From assembly GCA_021781075.1 (NCBI GenBank), contig JAJXXN010000191.1, positions 1-28,244 of the forward strand: a stretch of DNA of 28,244 nt, in the 5' to 3' direction. Below are positions 1 to 9,016 of this stretch, one piece after another. The notes beneath the pieces were generated by a model that did not search any database, was not told the origin of the DNA, and was given only the letters and a program-made list of their open reading frames with translations. The DNA is from Acidobacteriota bacterium (GTDB taxonomy: Bacteria; Acidobacteriota; Terriglobia; Terriglobales; Acidobacteriaceae). The position numbers and the translations under genes were made by a program. The number at the start of each line of letters is the position of its first letter. Position 1 is the first letter of the stretch.

Positions 1-792
1 GAGAGCGAGATTCACAGGATTGCGGAGATTTTGCACGCGAAGGGCGCACTGCTTTACATGGACGGCGCGAACATGAATGCGCTTGTGGGCAAGGCGCGGC
101 CGGGCGATTTCGGCGTGGATGTGATGCACCTGAACCTGCACAAGACTTTTTCAACGCCGCATGGGGGCGGCGGCCCTGGTTCCGGGCCGGTGGCATGCAA
201 AAAAATCCTTGAGCCGTTCCTTCCGGTGCCGGTTTTGACCACGCGCGCAGACGGCACCAGATTTTGGAATTATGACCGCCCGCAAACGGTTGGCCGCGTA
301 CGCGCCTGGTATGGCAACTACGGCATGTTCATTCGCGCGCTGGCCTACATCCTGGCCAATGGCCCGGATGGCCTGCGGCAAACGACGGAAGACGCGGTGC
401 TGAACGCGAACTACATCCGCAAGAAGCTTGAGGACCTCTACGAGCTGCCGTACAAGACCGCGTCGCTGCATGAGGTGGTATTCAGCGACAAGCGCCAGAA
501 GGCGAAGGGAGTGGCAACCGGGGAAATAGCCAAGCGGCTGATTGATTACGGCTTCCACCCGTACACGGTCAGCTTCCCGATGATTGTGCACGGGGCGCTG
601 ATGATTGAACCGACAGAGAGCGAGTCGCTGGAGGAGCTGGACCTTTTCATCCGCGCGATGCGTTCGATTGCCGCGGAAGTTGAGGAGAACCCGGAAATGG
701 TGAAAACCGCGCCGCACTCGACGCGCGTCAGCAAGCTGGACGAGGTGCAGGCGGCTCGCAAGCCGGTGCTGAGATGGAAGAAGCCCGAATAA
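1..792 (+). CDS. gcvPB: Glycine dehydrogenase (decarboxylating) subunit 2, 5'-truncated by window edge
   Basis: Frame open from base 1; PLP-lysine motif HLNLHKTFSTPHGGGGPGSGP, plus IAKRLIDYGFHP and LMIEPTESES. Confidence 0.95.
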   Translation, partial: ESEIHRIAEILHAKGALLYMDGANMNALVGKARPGDFGVDVMHLNLHKTFSTPHGGGGPGSGPVACKKILEPFLPVPVLTTRADGTRFWNYDRPQTVGRVRAWYGNYGMFIRALAYILANGPDGLRQTTEDAVLNANYIRKKLEDLYELPYKTASLHEVVFSDKRQKAKGVATGEIAKRLIDYGFHPYTVSFPMIVHGALMIEPTESESLEELDLFIRAMRSIAAEVEENPEMVKTAPHSTRVSKLDEVQAARKPVLRWKKPE

Positions 793-806
793 GGCCATCC
801 GAGAAA

Positions 807-840
807 TGCAAAGGGCGCGGAGATTTCCGCGCCCTTTGTA
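807..840. terminator. Hairpin between convergent gcvPB and PIN gene, probable bidirectional terminator
   Basis: CAAAGGGCGCGGA-gatt-TCCGCGCCCTTTG, 13-bp perfect stem with A/T-rich ends. Confidence 0.75.
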
Positions 841-854
841 TTATGCCGAAAAAA

Positions 855-1304
855 TCACTTGACGGGATTCAGCACTGGGAAGCCCTCTTTCTCCGCGGTT
901 TCAAGCAGTTTGACATCGGTTGAGACAAAAATGATGTCGATGCCGTGCATCATCTCGCGCGCCACGAGCGCGGCGCCAAGTTGCATGGCGTCGCCTGTGC
1001 GCAAGGCCGGCTGTCGGTCAATCAACTGCCGCGCCGCCTCCAGCACGCCAGGGTTGAGCGGTTGCTGAACCATGCGTGCAGCCTCGAGGCGCAGAATTTC
1101 CAACGCCTGGTTTGCCTGCTCGGTGGGAATATCGCCGGCGCGCTCGCGTCTGCGGATGACGGCATAGACCTCCAGCGGGGCCGCGGCGGAGATGAGCTTG
1201 CCGTTGTCGTCGGTGTTGCTCATGATCCGGATCAGCTCATCCGTGCCCTTCTCCTGGACAAAAAGCCTGGCGAAGGCGGTGGTTTCAAGAAAATAGCAGC
1301 TCAC
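855..1304 (-). CDS. PIN-domain (VapC-like) ribonuclease/toxin
   Basis: 149 aa, PIN layout: YFLETTAF (normally LDTSA), PLEV, LRTGDAMQLGAAL, FVSTD..L; GTG start overlaps the upstream TGA. Confidence 0.85.
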   Translation of the reverse strand: MSCYFLETTAFARLFVQEKGTDELIRIMSNTDDNGKLISAAAPLEVYAVIRRRERAGDIPTEQANQALEILRLEAARMVQQPLNPGVLEAARQLIDRQPALRTGDAMQLGAALVAREMMHGIDIIFVSTDVKLLETAEKEGFPVLNPVK

Positions 1305-2044
1305 ATTCCACCCCGTTCCTGGTCAAGCTCCGAGGCAAGCGATTCACCGCCCAGCGCAACCGGGCGGAAACGCTGAGTTTCCTCGGGCAGGCCTGCTTCG
1401 GCGCGGTTGAGGCGGATTGTGGTTGTCGGATAAGCCGGCGTCTTGGGATTCGGTATTTTGCTGGTCAGCACAACGCCGCGTTGAATGCACTCGGCGAGCA
1501 CCGCCTGGCGCGAATCCGGGTTCTGGTTCCAGCGGAATGCCTTGCGCGGCAGGAAGGAATCACGGAACCACTTGAGCGCAATGAAAGCGTGGCCACCGCG
1601 TTCCGCCTCGGCCAGCGCGGCGCACAGTTCCTTCACGCGCACATCCATGTCAGCGGGGATGACGGCAAGCTGCGAATCGTCCGCATCCTCTTCGTACTCG
1701 CTTTCGCCCGGTGCATAGCTGCGCGCGGGGCGCGAGTAACGCGGGCGGGGTGATTCACGCTCATCGCCTTCTTCGCCGCCTCGCTCAAAATAAATGCGAA
1801 TCTCATCGCTCTCAGGTGACCAGCTGCCGGCGGGGGCATTGCGCCGTTTGCTACGGCCATTTTCATCGCAAAGTTCAACGATTGCAGTGTAACCAGCCGG
1901 TGCCAGAAATTGCAGCGCGCGTTGCAGGCCGGGGATGGATGAGTTGGAAATCTCATCATTCAAAGCGTCTTCAATAATCTCTTCCACATCCGGAATCAAA
2001 AGATCATTGGCTTCAGCATTACTGGCGGAATATTTCAGGTTCAT
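1301..2044 (-). CDS. Hypothetical 247-aa protein, putative antitoxin/partner of the PIN protein
   Basis: ATG at 2044 follows GGAG (track start 2071 is less supported); 4-nt overlap with PIN gene; C-terminus FRPVALGGESLASELDQER resembles VapB-type tails. Confidence 0.6.
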   Translation of the reverse strand: MNLKYSASNAEANDLLIPDVEEIIEDALNDEISNSSIPGLQRALQFLAPAGYTAIVELCDENGRSKRRNAPAGSWSPESDEIRIYFERGGEEGDERESPRPRYSRPARSYAPGESEYEEDADDSQLAVIPADMDVRVKELCAALAEAERGGHAFIALKWFRDSFLPRKAFRWNQNPDSRQAVLAECIQRGVVLTSKIPNPKTPAYPTTTIRLNRAEAGLPEETQRFRPVALGGESLASELDQERGGM

Positions 2045-2457
2045 CTTCAGTCTCCATGAATACGCAATCACTCACAGGCCAAACAGTTGTTCGCCGCCCG
2101 AAAATTGACTCGTGAGGAATGGATAAGTGACTTGCTAATTGTAAGCCGATCTCATCGAGTTTCCGGTGCTTCCGGCTACTCAATGAGGATCCATAGTACA
2201 TGAGCCCGGTTTTTTACTTCGAACGGCATATCTTCGGCATTGGCGCACATCTCTCTTGGTCTCGTCGGCCAGTTTGTGCGCGCTTACACGCTTATTACTA
2301 ATCTAATAATACAGCAAAATGAAGCTCTGCTTCATTCTTTCAGGTAGATTGCCGCGCCCTAATGTAATTTATTTATGACGCGCGTTGAGTGACGCAAGAC
2401 TTGTCCATCTTGCATTTTGCGGAGACTTCACCTCTCATGGCTCCGTACAATAAAAAC

Positions 2458-5151
2458 ATGCGGCGAAATTTACTGCTGTTTCTGGCTGGAGTTGTTTTTC
2501 TCTCCGTTTCAATTCGTTGCAACGCCCAGGCCTTCGATCTTGTGGGTCCCAAGGTGGACCTGCATGTTCAGCGTGACGGCAAAACGCTGCCCATCTCCGA
2601 AGTGGCCACGCTTTTGCCGGGCGACCGGCTCTGGATTCATCCCGATTTCCCTGACAGCCAATCGGCTCATTATGTGCTCATCGTCGCATTTCTGCGCGGG
2701 GTCACCAATCCCCCGCCGCCGGAGTGGTTCACACGCGTGGATACCTGGACCCGCGAGGTGCACGATGAAGGCGTTTTTGTGCAGGTCCCCGACGAAGCGC
2801 AACAGGCCCTTTTCTTCCTTGCGCCGGAGACCGGCGGCGATTTCACCACCCTGCGACATACGGTAGCAAGCCGCCCGGGCGCCTTTGTGCGCGCCACCCA
2901 GGACCTGCAACAGGCAAGTTGGGATCGCTTGCGCCTTAACGCTTATCTCGATGGCGTCAAGGATTCCACGCTTCATCATCCCACAGAACTCAAGGAACGC
3001 ACCTCCAACATGGCGCGCACACTTGGCATCAAGGTGGACAAAGAGTGTTATGACAAGCCCACCGAACAACAGGCCCCCTGCCTGGTGCAACACACCGATG
3101 GACTGGTGCTTGACGGGGGCGCCGAGCAAAGTCGCGTCCAGCAGTTGACGTCGGGCTCGGGTGTGGACCTGATGAACAATCTGTCGATGACCAATGCCGC
3201 GGGAGGCGGGCTATACAGCCCGTATGTGGGCGCGATTGTAGACGCGGTGCGCATCTTTGGCTCCATCCGCACCGCGCATTACCAGTACCTGCCGGCAATT
3301 GCGCTGCCGGCAAAGGATGCGATGAATCTGCGGCTGAATGTGCCGCCCTCGTTCAAGGATCCAAAATCAGTCTTGGTTGTTGCACTGCCGCCCGTGGGCG
3401 CCGCAAAGCCGCCACTGCTGATGCCGACCAGCCTTACCGAAGCCTACTGCCTGCAAAAGACCGACCTTGTGCTGGAGGCGGATGGGGCGTCATTGGTTTA
3501 TGCCTCGCACATGGCCCATGAATTGAAGCTTCATCTCAACACGGCAAATGGGCCACTCGACATACCCGTTCACGCGGATGCGGCTTTGGGCGGGCTGGTG
3601 CTTGATCAAACGCCTCCACTGCTCAAACCTTATTCCCTCACCGGTACGCTGACCGGCAAATGGGGTTTCGACAATTGGGAGGGGCCGCATTTCAAGCTGG
3701 TTTCCTCTCATCCCATGACGTGGCGCCTCGATGCGGACGACCAGAGCGCGCTGATACTCGACCGTGATGATGTGATCCATCTGGAGGGCCTGACGGATGG
3801 GGAGCAGGGCGCGCCGTTGTTGTGCGTGGAATCGATTGAAAAACTCAATGCGAATGGCAAGGGCGAGAAGCTCAACTGGAAGCTAGGCAAGGAGAATTCA
3901 ATCGAGGTGACAGTTCCCCTGAAGTCGGCCGTGAGCGCTGAGAAGCTCCGCCCCGGCAAGGTCACCCTGGCGGTTCGGCAGTATGGCATGGAAGGGGCGC
4001 AGAAGCTTGAATTGAAAACCTACGTCGAGGCGGCTTCGCTTGACCGCCTGACGCTGAACGCCGGGGATGCGACAGCTTTGCTCAAAGGCAAGCGGCTGGA
4101 TGAGGTGGCGAAGTTGCAGCTTGAAGGCATCCAGTTCACGCCTGGCTCCTTGAACCGCGTACAGGATATTGATCAACTCACGCTGAAAGCCTCGGCCGCA
4201 ACGGACGCCCTCACTGCCGGCGACAAATACACTGCCCAGGTCCAGTTGCAGGATGGGAGAACGCTCAATGCCCCTGCGACGGTGAATCCACCACGACCCG
4301 AGTTGAGCCTGCGCAGCAAAGGTGTGCAATATGACCCAAGCCTCACCTTGCCACTTCATATGGGCTCCGCCGACGATTTGCCAACAACTGGCAAAATTGT
4401 CTTTTTTGCCGACTCCGACAAGCCCGCGCATTTCCCGCGTACTGAGAAAATCGAGTTTGCGGCGGTGGATGGCAGCTTTGATTACCAGCTCTCTTTGGCG
4501 GACGGCTCCTTGATGCTGGAGAATGCCCACACCGTTCTTGGCAAGCTGGAACCCGCCCAAAAGTTTGGCAACTCCGCCTTCGGCCCGGTGGCGATTCGCC
4601 CCTTGTCCACCGATGGCACCACCGGGGATTGGATACCGCTGGGGACTCTTGTCCGCACTCCCGAGTTCAAGTCACTGCGTTGTCCACATTCCGCGGCCAA
4701 GCCCTGCATCCTTTCCGGCAATGACCTGTTCCTTGTTGATTCCTTCGCGGCGGATGCGGATTTCCAAAACGCGGTCACAGTTCAACCTGACTTCACCGGC
4801 AACGAAATTCCAGTCCCACACCCTGCTACTGGAACGCTCTACCTCAAGCTTCGTGACGACCCTGCGGTGGTGCAAATCCTTACGCTGCAGGTTGAACAAC
4901 TGCCCGCATCCAAAGACGCACAGCCAGTGGTGGCGCAAAAAGAAAAGGCCGCATCGCCGAATAAAAGCGATGCAGCCACGTCACCAGAGACAATTCCGCC
5001 ACCTTCGGCACAAACTGATCAATCGTCAACGGTCGCGCCGAATACTCCGGAGGGCGCGGCGACTCCAGGTGTCGCGCAACCGGAAGCAGGCACGCCGACA
5101 GAGCCCGCACCCAAGCCGGAGACCACACCGGCGCCGCAGCCACAAAATTAA
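2458..5151 (+). CDS. Large exported hypothetical protein (~897 aa), beta-rich with P/A/T/E-rich tail
   Basis: Long ORF; signal-peptide-like MRRNLLLFLAGVVFLSVSIRCNAQ; TACAAT 6 nt before ATG 2458. Confidence 0.8.
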   Translation: MRRNLLLFLAGVVFLSVSIRCNAQAFDLVGPKVDLHVQRDGKTLPISEVATLLPGDRLWIHPDFPDSQSAHYVLIVAFLRGVTNPPPPEWFTRVDTWTREVHDEGVFVQVPDEAQQALFFLAPETGGDFTTLRHTVASRPGAFVRATQDLQQASWDRLRLNAYLDGVKDSTLHHPTELKERTSNMARTLGIKVDKECYDKPTEQQAPCLVQHTDGLVLDGGAEQSRVQQLTSGSGVDLMNNLSMTNAAGGGLYSPYVGAIVDAVRIFGSIRTAHYQYLPAIALPAKDAMNLRLNVPPSFKDPKSVLVVALPPVGAAKPPLLMPTSLTEAYCLQKTDLVLEADGASLVYASHMAHELKLHLNTANGPLDIPVHADAALGGLVLDQTPPLLKPYSLTGTLTGKWGFDNWEGPHFKLVSSHPMTWRLDADDQSALILDRDDVIHLEGLTDGEQGAPLLCVESIEKLNANGKGEKLNWKLGKENSIEVTVPLKSAVSAEKLRPGKVTLAVRQYGMEGAQKLELKTYVEAASLDRLTLNAGDATALLKGKRLDEVAKLQLEGIQFTPGSLNRVQDIDQLTLKASAATDALTAGDKYTAQVQLQDGRTLNAPATVNPPRPELSLRSKGVQYDPSLTLPLHMGSADDLPTTGKIVFFADSDKPAHFPRTEKIEFAAVDGSFDYQLSLADGSLMLENAHTVLGKLEPAQKFGNSAFGPVAIRPLSTDGTTGDWIPLGTLVRTPEFKSLRCPHSAAKPCILSGNDLFLVDSFAADADFQNAVTVQPDFTGNEIPVPHPATGTLYLKLRDDPAVVQILTLQVEQLPASKDAQPVVAQKEKAASPNKSDAATSPETIPPPSAQTDQSSTVAPNTPEGAATPGVAQPEAGTPTEPAPKPETTPAPQPQN

Positions 5152-5402
5152 TGGCTCGAGTGGCCATCTTCCTTGCTGCTGGTGGCAAACAGGATGCATG
5201 CGGCAAAGACAATCACGATTGCGGCAATGACAAAGATTGGGGAAGTAAACATGGGAAAACCTCCGTATTCAGAGTATCAAAAAACATCGCATCACCGGGC
5301 GTGATGCAGCTTTTGCGCCAGCAACCCTCTTTGTGCGAGATTGTATGCAATGGCTTTTCGCCATGCCAGCGGCAGGCACTTCCATTTTTAAAGGTTGAAC
5401 TC

Positions 5403-5843
5403 ATGGGAAAAACATCGGAATCAAAAGATTTACAAAGCATCCTCAACGCCTTGAAATCCACCTCGTTTGCGGTGACAGGCGCGCCCTCGGCATATGCCTC
5501 TGGCAGCTACCTCATCAGCAAATACGGCGCCGCCGCGATTGTTGACGGCAAAGGGCAGGTAATTGCCGGGCCGGGCGCCTTGGTCCACGGGCAGATTGCC
5601 CACCTGCTCGACCGCGGCTATCAGAAATTTTTGCGGACCCGGGAGTTCGAGCTGCCGGCAACCGCGACACAGCTCTCGTCGATACACCGCTTCAATGATG
5701 AGTTTCACCAGCTCCTTGGCGGCAAGCTTCTTTTCAACCAGGCGCTAGGTTCCACCAGCGACCTCTATCATTATGACCGCATCAAAGGCCGGGAAGCCGA
5801 CGAGCACCGGGGGTCCACGCCCTGGCAGTCTGCGGGTCATTAA
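5403..5843 (+). CDS. Hypothetical protein (146 aa)
   Basis: Globular-looking sequence starts at MGKTSES, with AAAGG upstream; the region upstream in this frame looks non-coding. Confidence 0.65.
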   Translation: MGKTSESKDLQSILNALKSTSFAVTGAPSAYASGSYLISKYGAAAIVDGKGQVIAGPGALVHGQIAHLLDRGYQKFLRTREFELPATATQLSSIHRFNDEFHQLLGGKLLFNQALGSTSDLYHYDRIKGREADEHRGSTPWQSAGH

Positions 5844-5889
5844 TTTTTTAATTTTGCCGATGATCAATGCGGAGGGTGCTGCCGCTTTG

Positions 5890-6282
5890 ATGAACAAGCC
5901 CCAGGACAACCCGGGAAACCACACTATTGAAAAGCGCCGCCATCAGCGCTATGTGGTCGATTCGTCAGCGACAGTGCATCTCATCAACACCGGACTAAGG
6001 TTGCGCGGCCGCATTGAAAACCTCAGCCCCGCTGGCTGTCGCATACGCACCGAGCAACCTTTCACCGTTGGCATATACATCCGCGCGGAGGTTGATTTTC
6101 ACCTGGATGGCCAGCACTTCCGCCTGCCCGCCGTCACACAGGCTGTCCACGACAAACACACCGTCGGCATTCGTTTTCTTGAAATGAGCACACGCAAACA
6201 CGACCAACTCATGGCTTTGATTGAGGAATTGAAAGCCAACTCGGGCCCTGTGATTGAGCAGGCTGCAGATCAACTGCGTTAA
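5890..6282 (+). CDS. Single-domain PilZ protein (c-di-GMP receptor)
   Basis: RRHQR (RxxxR) and NLSPAG (D/NxSxxG) motifs, GIRF near the end; start could be 5860. Confidence 0.85.
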   Translation: MNKPQDNPGNHTIEKRRHQRYVVDSSATVHLINTGLRLRGRIENLSPAGCRIRTEQPFTVGIYIRAEVDFHLDGQHFRLPAVTQAVHDKHTVGIRFLEMSTRKHDQLMALIEELKANSGPVIEQAADQLR

Positions 6283-6397
6283 AGCGAATCCAGAGTTGAT
6301 GTGGCCTGTTGCGTTTTGTGAAAGGTCGCCGCTCCCTGTTGGTGGCTTCCACTTGAGTGTATTGGCTTCGGGGTACAGTGACTCTGGTTTCGCTTTA
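6280..6397. mobile_element. MITE/ERIC-like element: 114 bp, 15-bp terminal inverted repeats, flanked by TA
   Basis: TAAAGCGAATCCAGAGT (6280-6296) vs ACTCTGGTTTCGCTTTA (6381-6397), 16/17 complementary. Mobility is inferred; only one copy in the window. Confidence 0.45.
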
Positions 6398-7300
6398 GCG
6401 TCGCGCCCGTTCCCGCTGCAATTCGCGGTAGAGCTCGCTTTTGGCCCGGCCTGTCTCGCGTGCCAGGCGCTTCAACGCCTCCTTCTCAACAAGACCCCCG
6501 TTGACGAGCGCCGCCACCCGTTTTACAAGCGGCTCATCCGCGCTTGCCGCTGAATCCGGTTTCACCGGTTCAACGAGCAATACCATCTCACCGCGCACCC
6601 GCTCGCGTTTGCCGAGCTCCGCGCGTACCTCCGCAACGGTTCCACGCAAAAATTCCTCGTGTAGCTTGGTCAACTCCCGCGCCAGTGCCACGCATACCGT
6701 GCCACCCCAAACAGCCTCCACATCCTTGAGAGTCTCTTCAATCCGATGAGGAGCCTCATAAAAAATAATCGTCGCCGGTGCCTCGTTGATTTTTGTGACT
6801 CTCAGCGCCGCCAGCTCCGCCAGGGTTTCCAGCCGCGTCCTGCGCTCTCCCGCTTTCTCGGGCAGAAAGCCCTCAAAGCTGAAACGCTCCGCGTTCAACC
6901 CTGCGGCCACCAACGCGCTCAATGCGGCGTTTGCGCCAGGCACCGGCCAAACACAAGCGCCCGCCGCAATTGCCGTCTTCACCAGCCAGCTCCCCGGGTC
7001 GCTGATACCGGGCATTCCCGCATCACTGACCACCGCGATGCGCGCGCCCTGGCGCAATTTCTCCTCCAGCTCGGCGGCGCGTTCACGCTCATTGTGCTGG
7101 TGGTAGCTCACCATCTGTTTTTCAATTTCAAAATGATTCAACAGCTTCTGCGTCTGCCGCGTGTCTTCACAGGCAATCAGATCCACCGCGCGCAACACAG
7201 CCAGCGCCCGCAAGGTGATATCACCCAAATTTCCTATCGGGGTTGCCACCAGATAAAGGCCCGGGGCGAGCGGTTCACTCGCGCGCGCGCCATCCGCCAC
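6395..7300 (-). CDS. rsmI: 16S rRNA (cytidine1402-2'-O)-methyltransferase
   Basis: GLYLVATPIGNLGDITLRAL, ACEDTR, VSDAGMPGISDPG, FYEAPHR, ARELTKLHEE. Confidence 0.95.
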   Translation of the reverse strand: MADGARASEPLAPGLYLVATPIGNLGDITLRALAVLRAVDLIACEDTRQTQKLLNHFEIEKQMVSYHQHNERERAAELEEKLRQGARIAVVSDAGMPGISDPGSWLVKTAIAAGACVWPVPGANAALSALVAAGLNAERFSFEGFLPEKAGERRTRLETLAELAALRVTKINEAPATIIFYEAPHRIEETLKDVEAVWGGTVCVALARELTKLHEEFLRGTVAEVRAELGKRERVRGEMVLLVEPVKPDSAASADEPLVKRVAALVNGGLVEKEALKRLARETGRAKSELYRELQRERARR

Positions 7301-7302
7301 GG

Positions 7303-8412
7303 CTAGCGTCCGCCTTCAAGCCGCTCAATGCGCCGCTGTTCAGCCAGCATGGCCATGGAGCTCATCAGGTTCTGCACGCTCACAATACCCACCACGCGGC
7401 CACTCTCCGTAACCGGAATCAGTGAAAGCCCACGCCCGGCTGAAATCCGGCGGATGATTGCGCCCAGCGTGTCCTCGGGTCGCGCCACCTGGAAGGCGCG
7501 CGACATCACCGACTGCACATACCCGTTTCCATCGGTGCGCAACGCCTCCACAATCTTCTGCCGTGAAACAATCCCCACCAGTTGGGGCCCACGTACCACC
7601 GGGAAGTCCTCCTGCAGCGAATGCACACAGCGCTCCAGCGCACCCGTCAGCGTGTCCGAGGGTGAGAGCGTGGAGAAGTCCGTCAGCATCACCTCGCGCA
7701 TGCGCACCGTGTCCACAACGGATTGGAAGAACACCCCCTGGTCTTCGATTTGCCCGCCGATAAACACAAAGCAACCCGCAATAAACAGCCAGGGGTTCTG
7801 GAGGATGCCGCCTGCGGCAATCAGCGCAATACTCAGCAGTTGGCCCAACCCGGAGGCGGCACGGCTTGCCGAGGTTGCATCATGCACACCCAGAAACTTG
7901 GAGCGCACCGCCCGTCCCGCATCCAGCGGGTAGGCCGGCAGCAGGTGCAACATGCCCATTCCGGCTTGCAACCACACAATGCTGCGCAAAAGGTAGCTTG
8001 ACGAGATCCACGGCTGCGAGAGGAGGTTGAAATTTCCGCTTGCACCCAATAGCACCGCAGTCAAGGCACCGGCTGTCATCAGGTTTGCAATGGGGCCCGC
8101 CAGCGACAGCATGTACCGCGCTCGGCCATGGGCCGCCTTCTCCTGGCTTTCCGGGTCGGCATATGCGTAAAACGCGCCGATGGGTAGCACCAGCACCGCG
8201 CGTAGCTTCAAACCGTACCACGCAACAACCAGAATGCGCGCCACTTCACGCACCACCACCGCAAAGCTGATTGCCAGCCAAAGGGCAAAACCCGCACCTG
8301 AGCCGGCTTTTGCATTGATGAGCATGCAGAAGATGATCAGCAGCATAAAAAAAGTGTGCAGGCGCAGTTCTACGCCCATCCACCGCCCTAAAGGTATTGA
8401 CCATCCTCGCAT
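7303..8412 (-). CDS. Site-2 protease (M50)-like membrane protein with tandem CBS domains; zinc motif degenerate
   Basis: MRGWSIPLGRWMGVELRLH, SLAGPIANL, LLPAYPLDAGR, C-terminal CBS pair; HExxH position reads REVAR. Confidence 0.85.
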   Translation of the reverse strand: MRGWSIPLGRWMGVELRLHTFFMLLIIFCMLINAKAGSGAGFALWLAISFAVVVREVARILVVAWYGLKLRAVLVLPIGAFYAYADPESQEKAAHGRARYMLSLAGPIANLMTAGALTAVLLGASGNFNLLSQPWISSSYLLRSIVWLQAGMGMLHLLPAYPLDAGRAVRSKFLGVHDATSASRAASGLGQLLSIALIAAGGILQNPWLFIAGCFVFIGGQIEDQGVFFQSVVDTVRMREVMLTDFSTLSPSDTLTGALERCVHSLQEDFPVVRGPQLVGIVSRQKIVEALRTDGNGYVQSVMSRAFQVARPEDTLGAIIRRISAGRGLSLIPVTESGRVVGIVSVQNLMSSMAMLAEQRRIERLEGGR

Positions 8413-8457
8413 ATTCAAGATTGTAGTCCGTCGGGGTGCGTTATGCTTGCATTTGAA

Positions 8458-9012
8458 ATGCGCATCATCGCCGGGCCATATAAATCGCGTCAGCTCAAGG
8501 CGCCGCCGGGCCTGAAGACCCGGCCCACCAGTGATCGGCTGCGCGAAACGATCTTCAACGTACTTGCCCCGCGCATTGCAGGCGCGCGATTTCTTGACCT
8601 TTATGCCGGCTCAGGCGCCGTCGCCCTCGAGGCCCTCAGCCGCGGAGCCGCCGAAATCACTTGTGTTGAATCCGCGCCGTCGGCCGTGAAAATAATCCAC
8701 GCAAACCTGCAGTCGCTCGGCATTGCACCGGGCGCCGGCTTTCGCATTGAAAACGCCCTGGTTGCGGGTTTTCTTCGTAAGATAGCCGACACGGGCCGAA
8801 ACTTCGACCTCATCTTTTTCGACCCTCCCTACGATGCGGCGGTGGAATATCAAACCACCTTGGGCGCACTGCCGCCGATCATGCACACCGATGCTCTGGC
8901 CATCGCTGAGCACCGCAAAAAAGACAACCTGGCGGATGAATATGGCCCGCTCAAACGTATTCGTCTGCTGGCGCAAGGCGACGCAGCACTGAGTTTTTAT
9001 CGATTGCAATAA
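8458..9012 (+). CDS. rsmD: 16S rRNA (guanine966-N2)-methyltransferase
   Basis: MRIIAG, RPTSDRLRE, LDLYAGSGA, EALSRGA, DPPY. Confidence 0.95.
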   Translation: MRIIAGPYKSRQLKAPPGLKTRPTSDRLRETIFNVLAPRIAGARFLDLYAGSGAVALEALSRGAAEITCVESAPSAVKIIHANLQSLGIAPGAGFRIENALVAGFLRKIADTGRNFDLIFFDPPYDAAVEYQTTLGALPPIMHTDALAIAEHRKKDNLADEYGPLKRIRLLAQGDAALSFYRLQ

Positions 9013-9016
9013 TCCT

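Noticed and set aside
5151-5402. 84-aa N-terminal extension of the 5151..5843 ORF
   Set aside because: Low-complexity, contains a hairpin (GCATCAC/GTGATGC) and promoter-like DNA; a better RBS precedes ATG 5403.
5837-5863. Sigma28-like GCCGATGA before the PilZ gene
   Set aside because: No matching -35 (TAAA) at the required spacing.
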